Shown: piece by piece, positions 1-12,600 of the stretch
Numbering within the stretch: position 1 is the stretch's first letter
Layout: every line of letters starts with the position of its first letter
Assembly (NCBI GenBank): GCA_903843285.1
Contig: CAIMPC010000057.1
Coordinates: forward strand, 6,456-70,455
Reading direction: 5' to 3'
DNA: 64,000 bases
DNA from: Candidatus Omnitrophota bacterium
Lineage (GTDB): Bacteria; Omnitrophota; Gorgyraeia; 2-01-FULL-45-10
Position numbers and translations under genes: made by a program
Notes under the pieces: model-generated
What the model saw: only the letters and a program-made list of their open reading frames with translations
Database searches by the model: none
Told to the model about the DNA's origin: nothing

Positions 1-270
1 CGACCTCGCATCCTTAGCGGCATTGCCAAAATAATATTCACCTACATCGTAAACGGACGCCAACATAGCGCTCTCTGAGAATAGAGACTGCTGGAATCGA
101 GCAATCTGGTCATTGACCGGCTGCTGCTGGAGTAGGGACGGAACAGCTAATGTAGAATTCCCGGCATTATGCTCGGGAGGATAAGCGTAGGCAATGTCGA
201 GGGTCAGGAAGGTTATGATTAAAACAAATGATATGCACTTAAATAGACGTGAATGTTTTATTCTATCCAT
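1..270 (-). CDS. N-terminus (truncated by window edge) of a secreted/membrane protein, possibly a second giant protein
   Basis: Not in ORF track. ATG at 270 is preceded by AAGGAG and the frame is open to the window edge: MDRIKHSRLFKCISFVLIITFLTLDIAYA-YPPEHNAGNSTLAVPS. The signal peptide with AYA site resembles the giant protein's leader (KIWIRSIAILLVVTFVNQDLIWA-Q). Confidence 0.8.
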   Translation of the reverse strand, partial: MDRIKHSRLFKCISFVLIITFLTLDIAYAYPPEHNAGNSTLAVPSLLQQQPVNDQIARFQQSLFSESAMLASVYDVGEYYFGNAAKDARS

Positions 271-429
271 ATGTGTGGCTCCTTTAGTTTTCGAAAGAGA
301 CTAAATCCATTTCAAATATCTTTAATATGCCAGAGACACTTGTAGCCCACCCCCGTCATTGAATAAACGTTGATAGGCTACTGATAAATAAGAAAGTCAG
401 CTACTAACTTTCTATTTGTACTGTAAGTT

Positions 430-458
430 AGTATAAAGCATATCTGCTACTTTGTCAA
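430..458 (-). promoter_or_regulatory. sigma70-type promoter for the CDS starting at 270
   Basis: Minus strand TTGACA (458-453), 17-bp spacer, TATACT (435-430). Confidence 0.75.
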
Positions 459-515
459 TGGTTAATAACTGAATTTTTGATACTTAACGGGATACGCGAG
501 TAATAGTGTGCATGC

Positions 516-603
516 GTCATTCTGAGGAGGGCTTTAGCCCGACGAAGAATCTAAAAACGAGATCCTTCGCCCGCCACCAATACTTCGGCGGGCTCAGGAT
601 GAC
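516..603. repeat. CGTC-type palindromic REP element (GTCATTCTGAG...CTCAGGATGAC)
   Basis: Terminal inverted arms plus internal hairpins. Shares GAAGAATCTAAAAACGAGATCCTTC with the copies at 27.4 kb and 32.3 kb. Lies just downstream of the giant gene stop. Confidence 0.85.
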
Positions 604-632
604 AGAAGTAGATTTCCTTCTTTACGACACGT

Positions 633-3600
633 TTACGCGGCGGAGCGGATCACGGTGATCGCATTTCTGTAGGTCTCGATCTCCTTACCATAGTCGATCG
701 GTAACACCCTGGGCAGATACTTAAAGATACCATCGGCATACGTAACACCAGCCGGTAATCTGCCTTCGGCTACTAATTGATCCAGCAGATCATTCGGCAT
801 GGTGACCATATTTAGAAGCGTCTGATAGTAGTTAATCGAGGCGATCTCTGTCTTCCCGCTTCCCACATCCACCGATTGAACCTCGAGGAGTTTTTCCCCG
901 CTGACAGGTCTAACACTATCAAACTCGCCTTTAGCGTAGGCTATGCCGATATTATTGATATTGATACTGCGATTATCACCGATCTCTGTGATAAGTTCTT
1001 CATACGGTATGCGGAGACTGCCGTCTGCATTAAAGCCATTCACAAACCTGATAGCATTAATATCTCCCTCATATCCGGAGGCCCTGATGAATGCTTTGGC
1101 TTCATCAGACGTCTTAAACTCTTTACCGTATATGAAGCAGTTAACCACACCCATCGCATTGGCCTTACTCATATTATCAGCGAAGAACATGTTAGAGGAT
1201 GCCACTGCCTCGGTCGTCGCCACCGCGTATGTCTTCTCGGCAAACGCGGGATTATCAGCCAGAGGCGCATTATATGCAAATCTTATTCCTTCTCTTCTTA
1301 CATTAATAGCAATCTTTAGCGCTTCTTTTCGCTCATTCAGCCATGATGTTTGCAACTGATATTTAAATTTCTCATCAAGGTTGTATTCTTCTATCCGTTT
1401 AAGCTGTCGGCGTATTTCTGTCAATATCTTCACGAGCTCTTCTCTGGTCTTCGAGCTTACAATGACGCTGGAAGCATCTTCTACGACCTGACTCAATGCC
1501 GGAGTAAGCACGTTGTAAGCACCTTGGCCCAGCATACTGTTATCGATAAATACACCATTATATTTACCGGCGTCTACATCCGCATTAAACTCATTCAAGT
1601 CGAGGGTAACTATATCGGCTCCATGGATAATTCCGGGTTGCGGCATTAAGCTAATAATGGTTTTGACGCGGGCCATGTTCTGCGCATCTGCCTCGGCGTT
1701 ATCTGGACCGCTTTGTTTCTGCAGAGCTATAATAAATTTCTTTCCACTTGGAACATGCACGCGAGCTATATTCTCTTTTGCCCTGACCTCTGCCACGCGC
1801 ATAGCAAAGAAGCCGGAGATAAGCGGCATGGTCCCTAACATAGCCGTCAGCTCACTCTTAAAGGTCTCGTGCAATACTATCAGATTCCTGGCGCTCTCAA
1901 GGAAACCGTTTCTATATAGAATTGAATCAGCTATAGATTCTGTATATATTGCCGCGGGAATGGTACCTCTTAAGGGAGATTCTTCGGTCGACCTTTGGCC
2001 TACCTCAGAATGACGTAATTGGATCTTCTCAAATCCCTTAAAGAATTCTATCCTTACCCTGCCCTCGCTATCGATGGTCCGGCGCGAGAGATCAGGCAGT
2101 TTCATTATAATGTCTACACCATCAAATCCCACACCGTAATATTCTCTGAAATACTTCCCAAAGGCTTCTGTTATATGGCTATTTAGATACCATAGCCTGA
2201 TAGCCATTGCCGTCGCTTCGAGGCCTGCCGTAAGGCCCACAGCCGCTCCTATTAATGGCAATATGTCATGGGTTTGCGATGCGGCTATCGATAGTAATAT
2301 CATACTTACAGCGCCCAATGCACCCAGCGCGGCAAACCCTGCAGACCACCACATGGCAACTTCGACATTAAAAGGATGCGCGACTTTCCTCGGCAATGCC
2401 CTTACGCGGGCTCTGGTAGCTGTTATCGCGCTGGGCCGGGGGGCATTATTAATCGCATCTATAACGCAATTGATTACCTTATAACCGGGTTTCCAATATC
2501 CACTGCCTGCGATAAAATACAGCTCTTCAGCGCTGATACCCAGTAGTTTGTTTATGTTCACGGGGAGCTCCAGATCTATGTCTTTCATAGTCCTGGATAC
2601 CGCTCGCTCTCCACGGTTAATCTTACCGGGATCCATAAAGATCTTTTTCGGTTCGAGGCTATTACAGCGTCTTTCGAGCTCCAGCGCTGTTTTGGGCCTT
2701 ATGACTCCGGCGACATATTCGCGGGTATTACTAAAGGTGACTCTACTTAATAGTAAGTCCTTCTCATCCGGACTTGGTATTAAACATTGTCCCGTCTTTA
2801 GCTCGGCTCTTTCATCTAACTTCTTCAAATCCTTCTTCAAAGCTTCTTCGGACAATTGTTTCTGTATTCTTTCCTCTATGTCTTGTCTTGGGTCACCTTT
2901 TAATAGTGGGATAAAGCCTTTGTAGTCGCCCAGATTATTGCCCATCGTAACGGCTAAATCCAGGGGCCTGGCTGATACCGGCAGTTCCACTGCCTGCATA
3001 TGCACCTTACCCTGCATATTCAAACCAAAATAGACTACATAGACACTATCTTTTAAGAAATCCAGTGTGCTGTTAAAATATCTGGTGTAATCACCGTAAA
3101 TAGGTTTAGTTGCCTTGAATACGGGGTAATTATGGCCAAACAAGCTCTGAGTAGGTTCCAAGTGCAGTAATTTATAGATCCAATGAGGTATAGGAGTCTT
3201 TGGCCCTGCGAGATACACGCCATTTTGATAGCTCACATAATTTTCTTTGGTCATCAACATCATTTCGATCGGGACCTCAGATCCAATCTGCCTTTTGCCT
3301 GAGGCGTCCATAGTTATTCGCGCGCACTGGAACGTAATATGCACAGCTTCATAGCCTCTTTTATGTATCGTAGGCGAGTCCGGATCGACCAAGCCGTCTC
3401 CAACCCTCATTCTTCCACTACTAAGAATTCTGGTAGATTCACATAATTTGCGAGCAATGAGGTCGCGAGTATCCTTAGTTTGAGTAACTACACGAACCCC
3501 GAGGATATCCTCTACCTTATATCCTTGTTTACCACCCTTTTCCGGATTAATGAATTTCTTATAGCAGCTGTAAACATTCTTAGGACGATATTCGACTGTG

Positions 3601-6600
3601 ACGTCCTCATCTTTAGGTATTAAACCGTTTCGCTTGGCAAGCCTTACATATGCTTCCAATCTCCCCGCTGCCAATACTAATACTTCTCTGAGGGTTTTTT
3701 TGTTTACATCGATGCCATTTAAGGCGACTGTCATCTGGCTGAGGGTCCATTTATAATTTCCCGGATATGCGGCCTTAAAAGCCTCATCGATAATATCGCT
3801 GGCTACTTCGTATAGGCCCAGCCTTTCAGCTACCGGCGAATAGATATATTCGACTTCTTTAAAAGCCTTTTGTTTAGCATTTTCCGGAGCACTATAAACA
3901 GAATCCAGTTTATAGGCCAGCAGTAACAGCATGCTATTCAGTGATCCCGTCAGCTGGATCATCATATTCATGTAAAACTCCAGAGTATTTTCTCCCCTGA
4001 GGAACTCTGCAAAATCTTTTTCTTTGGTGGAATCGAGAGTCTCGATTGCTTTTATAATATCTTCTATTTTTCCCGTACCCTTATAATTAGGGATCGTATC
4101 GAGCATCGCTCGTAAATTCTTCCGATCAATATTATGCAGTAACGCGGCGACGATCAAACGCTCATCTCCTATACCCCAACGAGCCAGGCTAGCCGCCATG
4201 TTAATAGAATGGCGATTGCCCGCGGCCATTTCGAATGCCGCCGTTATGCTATTCTCGGCAGAGACGACTTCTGCGCTGGAGAGCGTACTCTTCGCCCTGA
4301 ATAAGTTTATTATATTCCTAAGAGCCCTATTCGAGGCATTGATATCAGAGACGGATGTCAAATCCTCACTGATCGTTATCATATGCTTCTGGAGCAATTT
4401 ATAAAATTCTTCGTCACCCTGCTCGAACGCAACCCTCTCAGCCTTTGCCTGTAACTCTCTCTGGCTTCTGATAAAAGCTCCGAGAACCAATCCAAGCGGA
4501 TTATTCTTCTCGCTGTTATCAGTTTTATGATAGATAAATATCCTGTTATTACGGACAGTGGCCACTAAATTTGCGTGTGTGCCGCGCGGAGTTAACGCCT
4601 CCAAGGCTTCGTGCAGAATATACTCCTGGATAAGATTTCGCCTATACTTATTAATCATGGCATCGGATAATCCCGGGTAGCCAATGATAGTTCGCAGATC
4701 GCATGTCAATATAAACCTGACGACTTCCGGTGATAAACCGATCTTAAATTGGTGTTTGCCGTTAGCATCTACTTCCGAGCGAACCTTAGCCAGGCCCAAC
4801 AGGTGACCGGTATCGGGGGCTACTAAAGGCTCGAAGAAGAATATGGCTGATTTGTCTGATAATAGATCTACCGCGGCCTTAACGCGCGACGGGACGTTGT
4901 GCGCCGACACCACTCCGCCGACACTCTGCTGTAATCCTTCGGATATATCTCTAAGGGCTTTAGTCGAAGTCTCCAATTCTGTGATTTCAGGGCCATACTC
5001 TGCGGTCGGGTCGCTGATAATGCGCAGTAACTTCTCCTCTTGGCCTTTTTCGTTCATCCTTACTAATGCTATCGCCGTTTCGTAGTCAGGCGCATTTATT
5101 ACGTCCGCTATGGCCTTCTGTGCTCCGACAACCTCATTGCCCGCATGCCCGATCGCGCCGCCGAGCGGGGCGGGTGGGTTCTCGGTAGGTGGATTCTCCA
5201 AAGTAATAATCTTATTACCTTTGGCATCTGTGACCAGCTTGGAATCTACGGTTGATACCACAGGTGTCTGCGGTACGGCCGTTAAAGCAGCGGTCCTGAT
5301 GCCGCCCTTACGCTTTATAAAATCGATAATACTAATCAATACAGGATTCTCTGTTGCATAAAGAGCACTTTCACACACACGTATTTGGCATAGCTCATTA
5401 ACCTCCGTATACAGAGATTGCTGGGCTTTAGTAATGTTCTGGTTATTGATGTCGAGAAGAATTGATTGTTCCTTGGGTTCCAGGGAATCCCATATTGTTA
5501 TTGTTAATTCGGATTTGGCCTTATTAGCTACTTGCAATTCTTCATCATTTTGAGCTTTGGCTAGAGCAAAACGCACATCTCTGAGAGAATCAGCAAATCT
5601 CTTTGCGAGGGATAATGCCTTATTGGATAGGGCTTTATAAGCTACTGCCTTAAATTGTTCAAAACTCAGGTCATTTACCCTATCATATAGAACGGTGGAG
5701 GCCTTATCTCCATAAACAGCCTGAATATCCTTTCTATTATTATCGGTGAACCTATTGGATTGCCACATATCATTGGTTAATTGATCTTTTGCCTCATTAG
5801 CTGATTGCAATTCTTCATCATTTTTAGCTTTGGCTATAGCAGAACGCACATCTCTGAGAGAATCAGCAAATCTCTTTGCGAGGGATGGTACTTTCTTAGA
5901 TAAAATCTCATCGACTGCCTTCTTTAATTCTGCTAAGTTTAGCTCATTTACCTTGTCATATAGAGTGTCAGAGGCTTTATCACCATAAATATATACGAGT
6001 GCTGATTGCCCTTCAGGTGTCAGGGACTTAAATAGATTTTCTACCAGTGCGGATTTGGCCTTATTAGCTGATTGCAATTCTTCACCATTTTGAGCTTTGG
6101 ATAGAGTAAAACTCACATCTCTGATAGAATCAGCAAATTTCTTTGCGAGGGATGGCGCCTCATCTGCTAATACGCTATTTGCTACTCTCATAGATATTGC
6201 CAGGCTCAGCTCATCGACCCTCTTATATAGAGACTCCCGGACTGTAGTAATGTCCTGGTTATTGATGTCGAAAAGAATTGATTGTTCCTTGGCTTCCAGG
6301 GAATCCCATATTGTTATTGTTAATTCGGATTTGGCCTTATTAGCTGATTGCAATTCTTCATCATTTTTAGCTTTGGCTAGAGCAGAACGCACATCTCTGA
6401 GAGAATCAGCAAATCTCTTTGCGAGGGATGGCGCCTGATTAGACAGGATCTCATTGACTGTCTTCTTTAATATTGTCAGATTTTGCTCATCGACCTTATT
6501 ATATAGATACTCCCGGGCTTTAGTAATGTCCTGATTATTGATGTCGAGAAGAATTGATTGTTCCTTGGCTTCCAGAGAATCCCATATTGTTATTGTTAAG

Positions 6601-9600
6601 GCGGCCTTATCGCTACCAGCATTGGCTTCGCCCTTGCCTATGGAGATGCGGACGGTTATTAATTGTGAGGAGAATTGTTTTGCGAGGGATGGCACTTTCT
6701 TAGATAAAATCTCATTGACTGTCTTCTTTAATATTGCCAGGCTTAGGTTATTTACTATATCATACAGAACGGCGGGGGCTTTATCACCATAGCTATCTAC
6801 GAGCGCTGATCGTCCTTCAGGTGTCAGGGAATTAAATAGAACTTCTACTAGGTCGGATTTTTCTTTATCAGCCCTTTCTTTAATAGCGTTTGCTTTAACG
6901 CTATTGGTTTCTTGCTTGGCTTTCTCTATTAAGCTACGGACAGCTATTAATTTTAAGGAGAATTGCTTTGCGAGGGATAGTGCCTCATTGGATAGGATCT
7001 TATCGACTGCCTTCTTTAATTCTGCTAAGTTTAGCTCATTTACCTTGTCATATAGAATGCTTTTGGCGGATTTTTCATCACCATAAACATCGGTGAGAGC
7101 TAATTGTTCTTCAGGTGTCAGGGAATTAAATAGAACTTCTACTAGGTCGGATTTTTCTTTATCAGCCCTTTCTTTAATAGCGTTTGCTTTAACGCTATCG
7201 GTTTCTTGCTTGGCTTTCTCTATTAAGCTACGGACAGCTATTAATTTTAAGGAGAATTGTTTTGCAAGGGATAGCGCCTCATTGGATAGGATCTTATCGA
7301 CTGCCTTCTTTAATTCTGCCTGGCTTTGTTCATCGATCTTCTTATATAGATACTCCTGGGCTTTAGTAATGTTCTGGTTATTGATGTCGAGAAGAATTGA
7401 TTGTTCCTTGGGTTCCAGGGAATCCCATATTGTTATTGTTAAGGCAGATTTGGCCTTATTAGCTACTTGCAATTCTTCATCATTTTGAGCTTTGGCTAGA
7501 GCAAAACGCACATCTCTGAGAGAATCAGCAAATCTCTTTGCGAGGGATAATGCCTTCTCAGATAAGATCTTATCTGCTACTATCTTAGATTCTTCCAGAC
7601 TCAGGTCTTTTACTTTCTTATATATAGCCTTTTTGGCTTTAACTTCATCATAATCATACTTATCCAGAAGCGCCCGCTTCTCGTGACTGTGTAGCGCATT
7701 CCATATATATTCTTGATCGATTGTATTCCGATTACTCTGCACTTCATCTGCATTAACACTGCCTGGACGGATAAACCAGCCAATCCAAGGCACCAAACAG
7801 GCGACCAGCTCTCCATAGCCTGCATAATGCGTATTCTCGTGAAACTCAATATATCGCCGTATAAGTTTGTGTAAGACGTCGAATCCCGATGACTTCTTTA
7901 TTTCTCGCTTATTATCTAAGGAGATCTCAACCCACGCAATAGGCCCTGCACGTCCATGCATTGCCTTATTAATTTGTGCTAATGCTATCGCCTTTATTAA
8001 TGCATGGATCAAAAGATAACTACATAATACGCCAACTGCTACAAATACTCGGAACGTTATGTCCTGCCAACCATAACTTAGTGCCGCTATACTAAAAAAT
8101 CCAGCGCCAAAAAGCGCCTCAAAAATAGCCGTACGTACGATGAGATTCTTATCAAATGGCTGAATCCTTCCACCAAATTGATTTATTAATCTCTTGGCTA
8201 TTTCCTTCAGTACTTTATCTTGAGTCTTAGATAAGTTTGGCCGAGCGCCACCCGCAAAAACTCGACCCAATATTACAAAATATATCTCGTAAATTATACC
8301 TATAATACTAGCAAGGATACCAATTACAGCACTGCTTGTTACCATGGAGGCAAAAAATACAACAAATTTTGTGGGCAATCTCATCTGTCCCTGCCACGAT
8401 AGCGTGCTCATCACTCCACTAAATCCGCCATCACTCATAGGAACTGTAAAAGGTATAACACCCACTAAATGCCTCAGGACATCCACGGGGAAGAATGATA
8501 CCCATATGCTTATTATTAATATTCCAACACCAATCCCATATGTCCACCATTCCACACCTCGGGTCTCGTAATATTTCCCATTAACTTGCTTGCCTATTCC
8601 GAGCATCCAGCTCCATCCCGCAGCAAACATAAATGAGGCTAAAATGCTGGAAGTGCGCCACACGGCATTTGTCGATATAAATCCTGAGAACGATAAGGCA
8701 AATATGACAGGGATGGTATAAGTAACTATCTTTAATGCGGTATCAAATTTCTTAAATTCCGATGGCCATTTCTCCTTATCGGCACCATTTTTGATGGCAT
8801 AAATATACATAGCAATATTCGCAGTTATAATGGTTGCGATTATACCGCAACTTAATACAAAGTACGTTCCATTTAACTGAACTGCCAAGGAAGCTATATA
8901 GGGAATATATGACACGTACGCAGACAATATAACGCTGAGTGAAATAAGGATCGTCCACTTGAACATCTTTAGATAATAACTAATCATCGGATTGCCCTCA
9001 CCAACTACGGCGGCATTCCATACCAATGTGGGAGGCTTAACGTCCGGCAAAAATATATGATAGTATACAATCTTTAGGACCACGGGTAGTTGTCCAACCA
9101 GTAGAATTGGTTTAGTTACAATCTTCGTCAGGAAAATAGTGGTCGAGGCAACGAATTCGACCAGTCCTTTTAATAATTGCAAAACAAACAGGCAAGTTCC
9201 CTTTATACGCCCGTGCTCTTTGTATATCTGATTTCGCTCGGACGTGAATAAGCTTTTCAGCTTCGCTAAAGCAGGGAAAAATTTTGGACTGGTTAACAAT
9301 ATAATTATTGTTAAGAACGCAAATTCCCCGATTAATGGAAATAACATATCGAGGCTACCCGGTATAAACATAGCCTTAAACATGAGCACTAATTGAATAA
9401 GCCATATAAACTCTCCTAAAAGCCCTCTCACCACAAGATCTGACTCGTATCTGTGCCCCGGAGATAATCTGGGAATCCACATCTCGCCTGATGCTTCTCT
9501 AGCATTAATCCTATTACTACCTTCTTTAAATAACGATCTCAGAAGTAGGGTGCTTACCACCGCTCCTCCGAAGCACCATCCGATCATCCACAGCAGGGAC

Positions 9601-12600
9601 GTACCTATCAAGCCTACTATTACGGCCATTGGAATAGCGCCTGCTAAAATAGCGGCCGTCACCGGATAGTCTCGAATAAATGGTACAATCCTAATTACGA
9701 ATATCTGCGGCAGATCGAATACGTACATCCATCGAGTTGCTTCTCTGCGAGCCTCCTGACCATAGTTAAACATCGGATCTTCTTCGATGACGACTCTATC
9801 TAAATATTTGCACTTACCGCTCAATATAGTCAATACTTCGTCTTCGCTCTTGGGTAGTATATCATCAGTAGCTTTGAGATAGTTATAGTATGCCCATACC
9901 TTTTGGTAGGCATTAGTCGTGATCATGTCTCTGTAAAAATCCTCATTTCGGTAAGCATATTTACCGGGGGCGCGCAGTGAGTCTTCGATGATATATTGAG
10001 CCTGCGCAACATGCCCCAACATCGTCTGAGGAAAATCTTTCATAATATTAGAATGTATTGTGGCGTGCACATCGCTATAGATCATTTTTCCACGGAAGAA
10101 AGATTCCGTATTACGCCTATCGGCCATTACAGAAACTAGATACAAAATTCCCTCGCCTTTATGATCAGCCCTTTCGGCATAGCTTATTAAGTTACCCGGA
10201 TCGTATACAAGAGTATTTTTAATTCTACTTTTGCGCATTAGAGGAGGTATGCTCTTATCATTGATACTCTCTTGTCGTATATTCCTCAAATCATCAGGGT
10301 CGGCAGGATCGCCGCCCAATGTTTCGACTATAGGATTCATCCACTCATTATTCAAAGTAGGCTGATCCTTATTTTTAGCTTTTGAAATATCAGGGTCTAC
10401 ATTATATCTCGGATCGATCTTACAATATTCATCATCATCTTCGCGGAGCCATCTCTGCACAGAGTAGTGAGTAGGCGGTTTGGTCATTTTTTGTCTACGC
10501 AGATGTACGTAAACGCGTTTACGTACATGCTCAGGCATGGCATCCAAACGTTCTTGCACGAGCTTTAGTGTTGCCTTATAATGCTCCTCACCCTCTGTAC
10601 CAGATCCGCCAAAGACCTGAATCAATAAATCAAAATATAGATTATAATCCCTATTACCGTTGGGATCGCGCGCCTCTTCCATCATTTTCTCTACAGCCCC
10701 GATTCCTTCAGCGGTACCATCACCCATAACAGAATTGAAATTAGGCATATCTTTCAAAACCCCTGTCGCCAGATCTTTCTCCTTTCTCATCGGGAACGCC
10801 ATATGGATCATGGTCTTCTCGTCATCTGGAATTTTGCCCTGCTCTGTTATGTCGGTGCGCCTAAACTCCGGTTCCAATAGAGATCTGCCAGGCTTCACTA
10901 CATTATTGAATAACATGATACCCGCAGATGACAAATACACGCCCGGAATGATAGCTAAAAGCCACCAGGTTGTAACTGTATACAGAATAAGGTTTGAGGC
11001 CATAAAATTATTATAGTTATAGCAGGCCAGGATAGTAAGCACGAGGGCCGCCGTAACTACTGTGTTGAACCAATGATATAGAAAATGCTTTTGTGTTATT
11101 GCCAGCGACTCTACCACATTCTCCAGCCTTCTCTCGGCTTCCACCGGATCCAGCAATCTGGCGACCTCGTTCATCTTAAGATGCTTGGTAAGCAGTTCTT
11201 CATCTGCCGGCGGCTCTGCAGGTTTCGGCTTCAGTCTGGCAATAATCCCATCATTATAGCGTTTCTTGCCTAATCCCGTTATATATGTGCCGACAACCAC
11301 TAAGACCGTTAACACGAAAACAGAATTAAGATTGCCCCATCTGAACTTTTCCCAAAGATATTGTCTGAACTTTTCGAATTTCGACCAGTTTTTTTCTCTA
11401 ACGTATTTTGGGACCCCTCCTTCTGACACCTCTCCCCTAAGTCTGCCTTCCACTCTCTGTCTATCCATCGCGTTTATGGGGCGGGTAACGATCCTTTCAA
11501 AGGAATCCCTGTCATATTTAAGTGTTTCGAGACTGCCCAGGGTGTTAGTAGCTCCCATGACCGCATTTTCATCGAGGTATGTAAAGAGTTGCTTCGTTGT
11601 TATTTCCTGCGCAATATCATAGAGACTCCTCGGGGAGCTTGTCGGATTTTGCACTGACTTCGCGTTCTCTATTCTGACGGCTTCCGCTATTTCATTTTTT
11701 AAAGCAATGGCCCGCGCCGTCAACATCTTCACCACCGTCGGATTAATATCTTTCCTTAATATCTCGTGAGCGATATCCGCAATCTCTTTATCGTTCGCAA
11801 TGCCGACTCTCTTCAGCTCCGGTTTAATAATCGCGATTATGCCCGATATGCGAATATTATGGACGCATAACTCCGTTATAATCCTCTCGGATATCTCCTG
11901 AGCGTCGGCCTTAAGACCGTCCTCCTTCATCAGGGCTTTTTTCACATCGTCTATACTGTTTATTCTGTTCCCGAGACTGTCTCTGATTCTGGTAGATACT
12001 TCATTCACGCTGGCATCTTCCACTATGGAAGGCTCGACACGGCTAAGATAAGGACGAATAGCCGATGCTATAGGCACAGTATCGTATTCATCTACCACCA
12101 TATCGATTTGCGCGGGAGCCGAAATTATATGGTGCGCTGAAAGTTCCGCGGCTATATTATGGATAACTGACTTGTCTATGCCTATCCCCTCCAAGCGCGG
12201 GGCAATAGACTGGGCCAAGGCATCAACCTGAGAAGCATCTCCAATTTTAAAGGTATCAGATTTTTCAATAAGCCCTACTTTGAACCACGTATCCACCAGA
12301 TATAGAACATCCTGCATGTCTACCTTCGGATCTACTATGCGGGCGGATGCAGTTGCATCCATTATCATTTTATACGTATCTTTAGTTCTATCTACGAGAT
12401 TCCTTATATCATCCTCTCCGAGGCCACTCATAACAGCGTTCGTTGCCAACTTACGCGTCTCATCGTCAGTAAGATATATGCCCAGTTCATTAAATTGGTC
12501 CTTCGTAAGGCGAGATAACCTGAGAACTTCTTCCAGTAGATTCATCTCGATCCCGATATGGTTTTTGAAGGACCATAGACCAGCTTCATTCTTCAAGTCC

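Noticed and set aside
2780-4260. Toxic small alarmone synthetase (toxSAS) toxin-antitoxin module
   Set aside because: It has the long-RSH layout (HD+SYNTH+TGS-like) with a degenerate catalytic motif, and no adjacent antitoxin gene.
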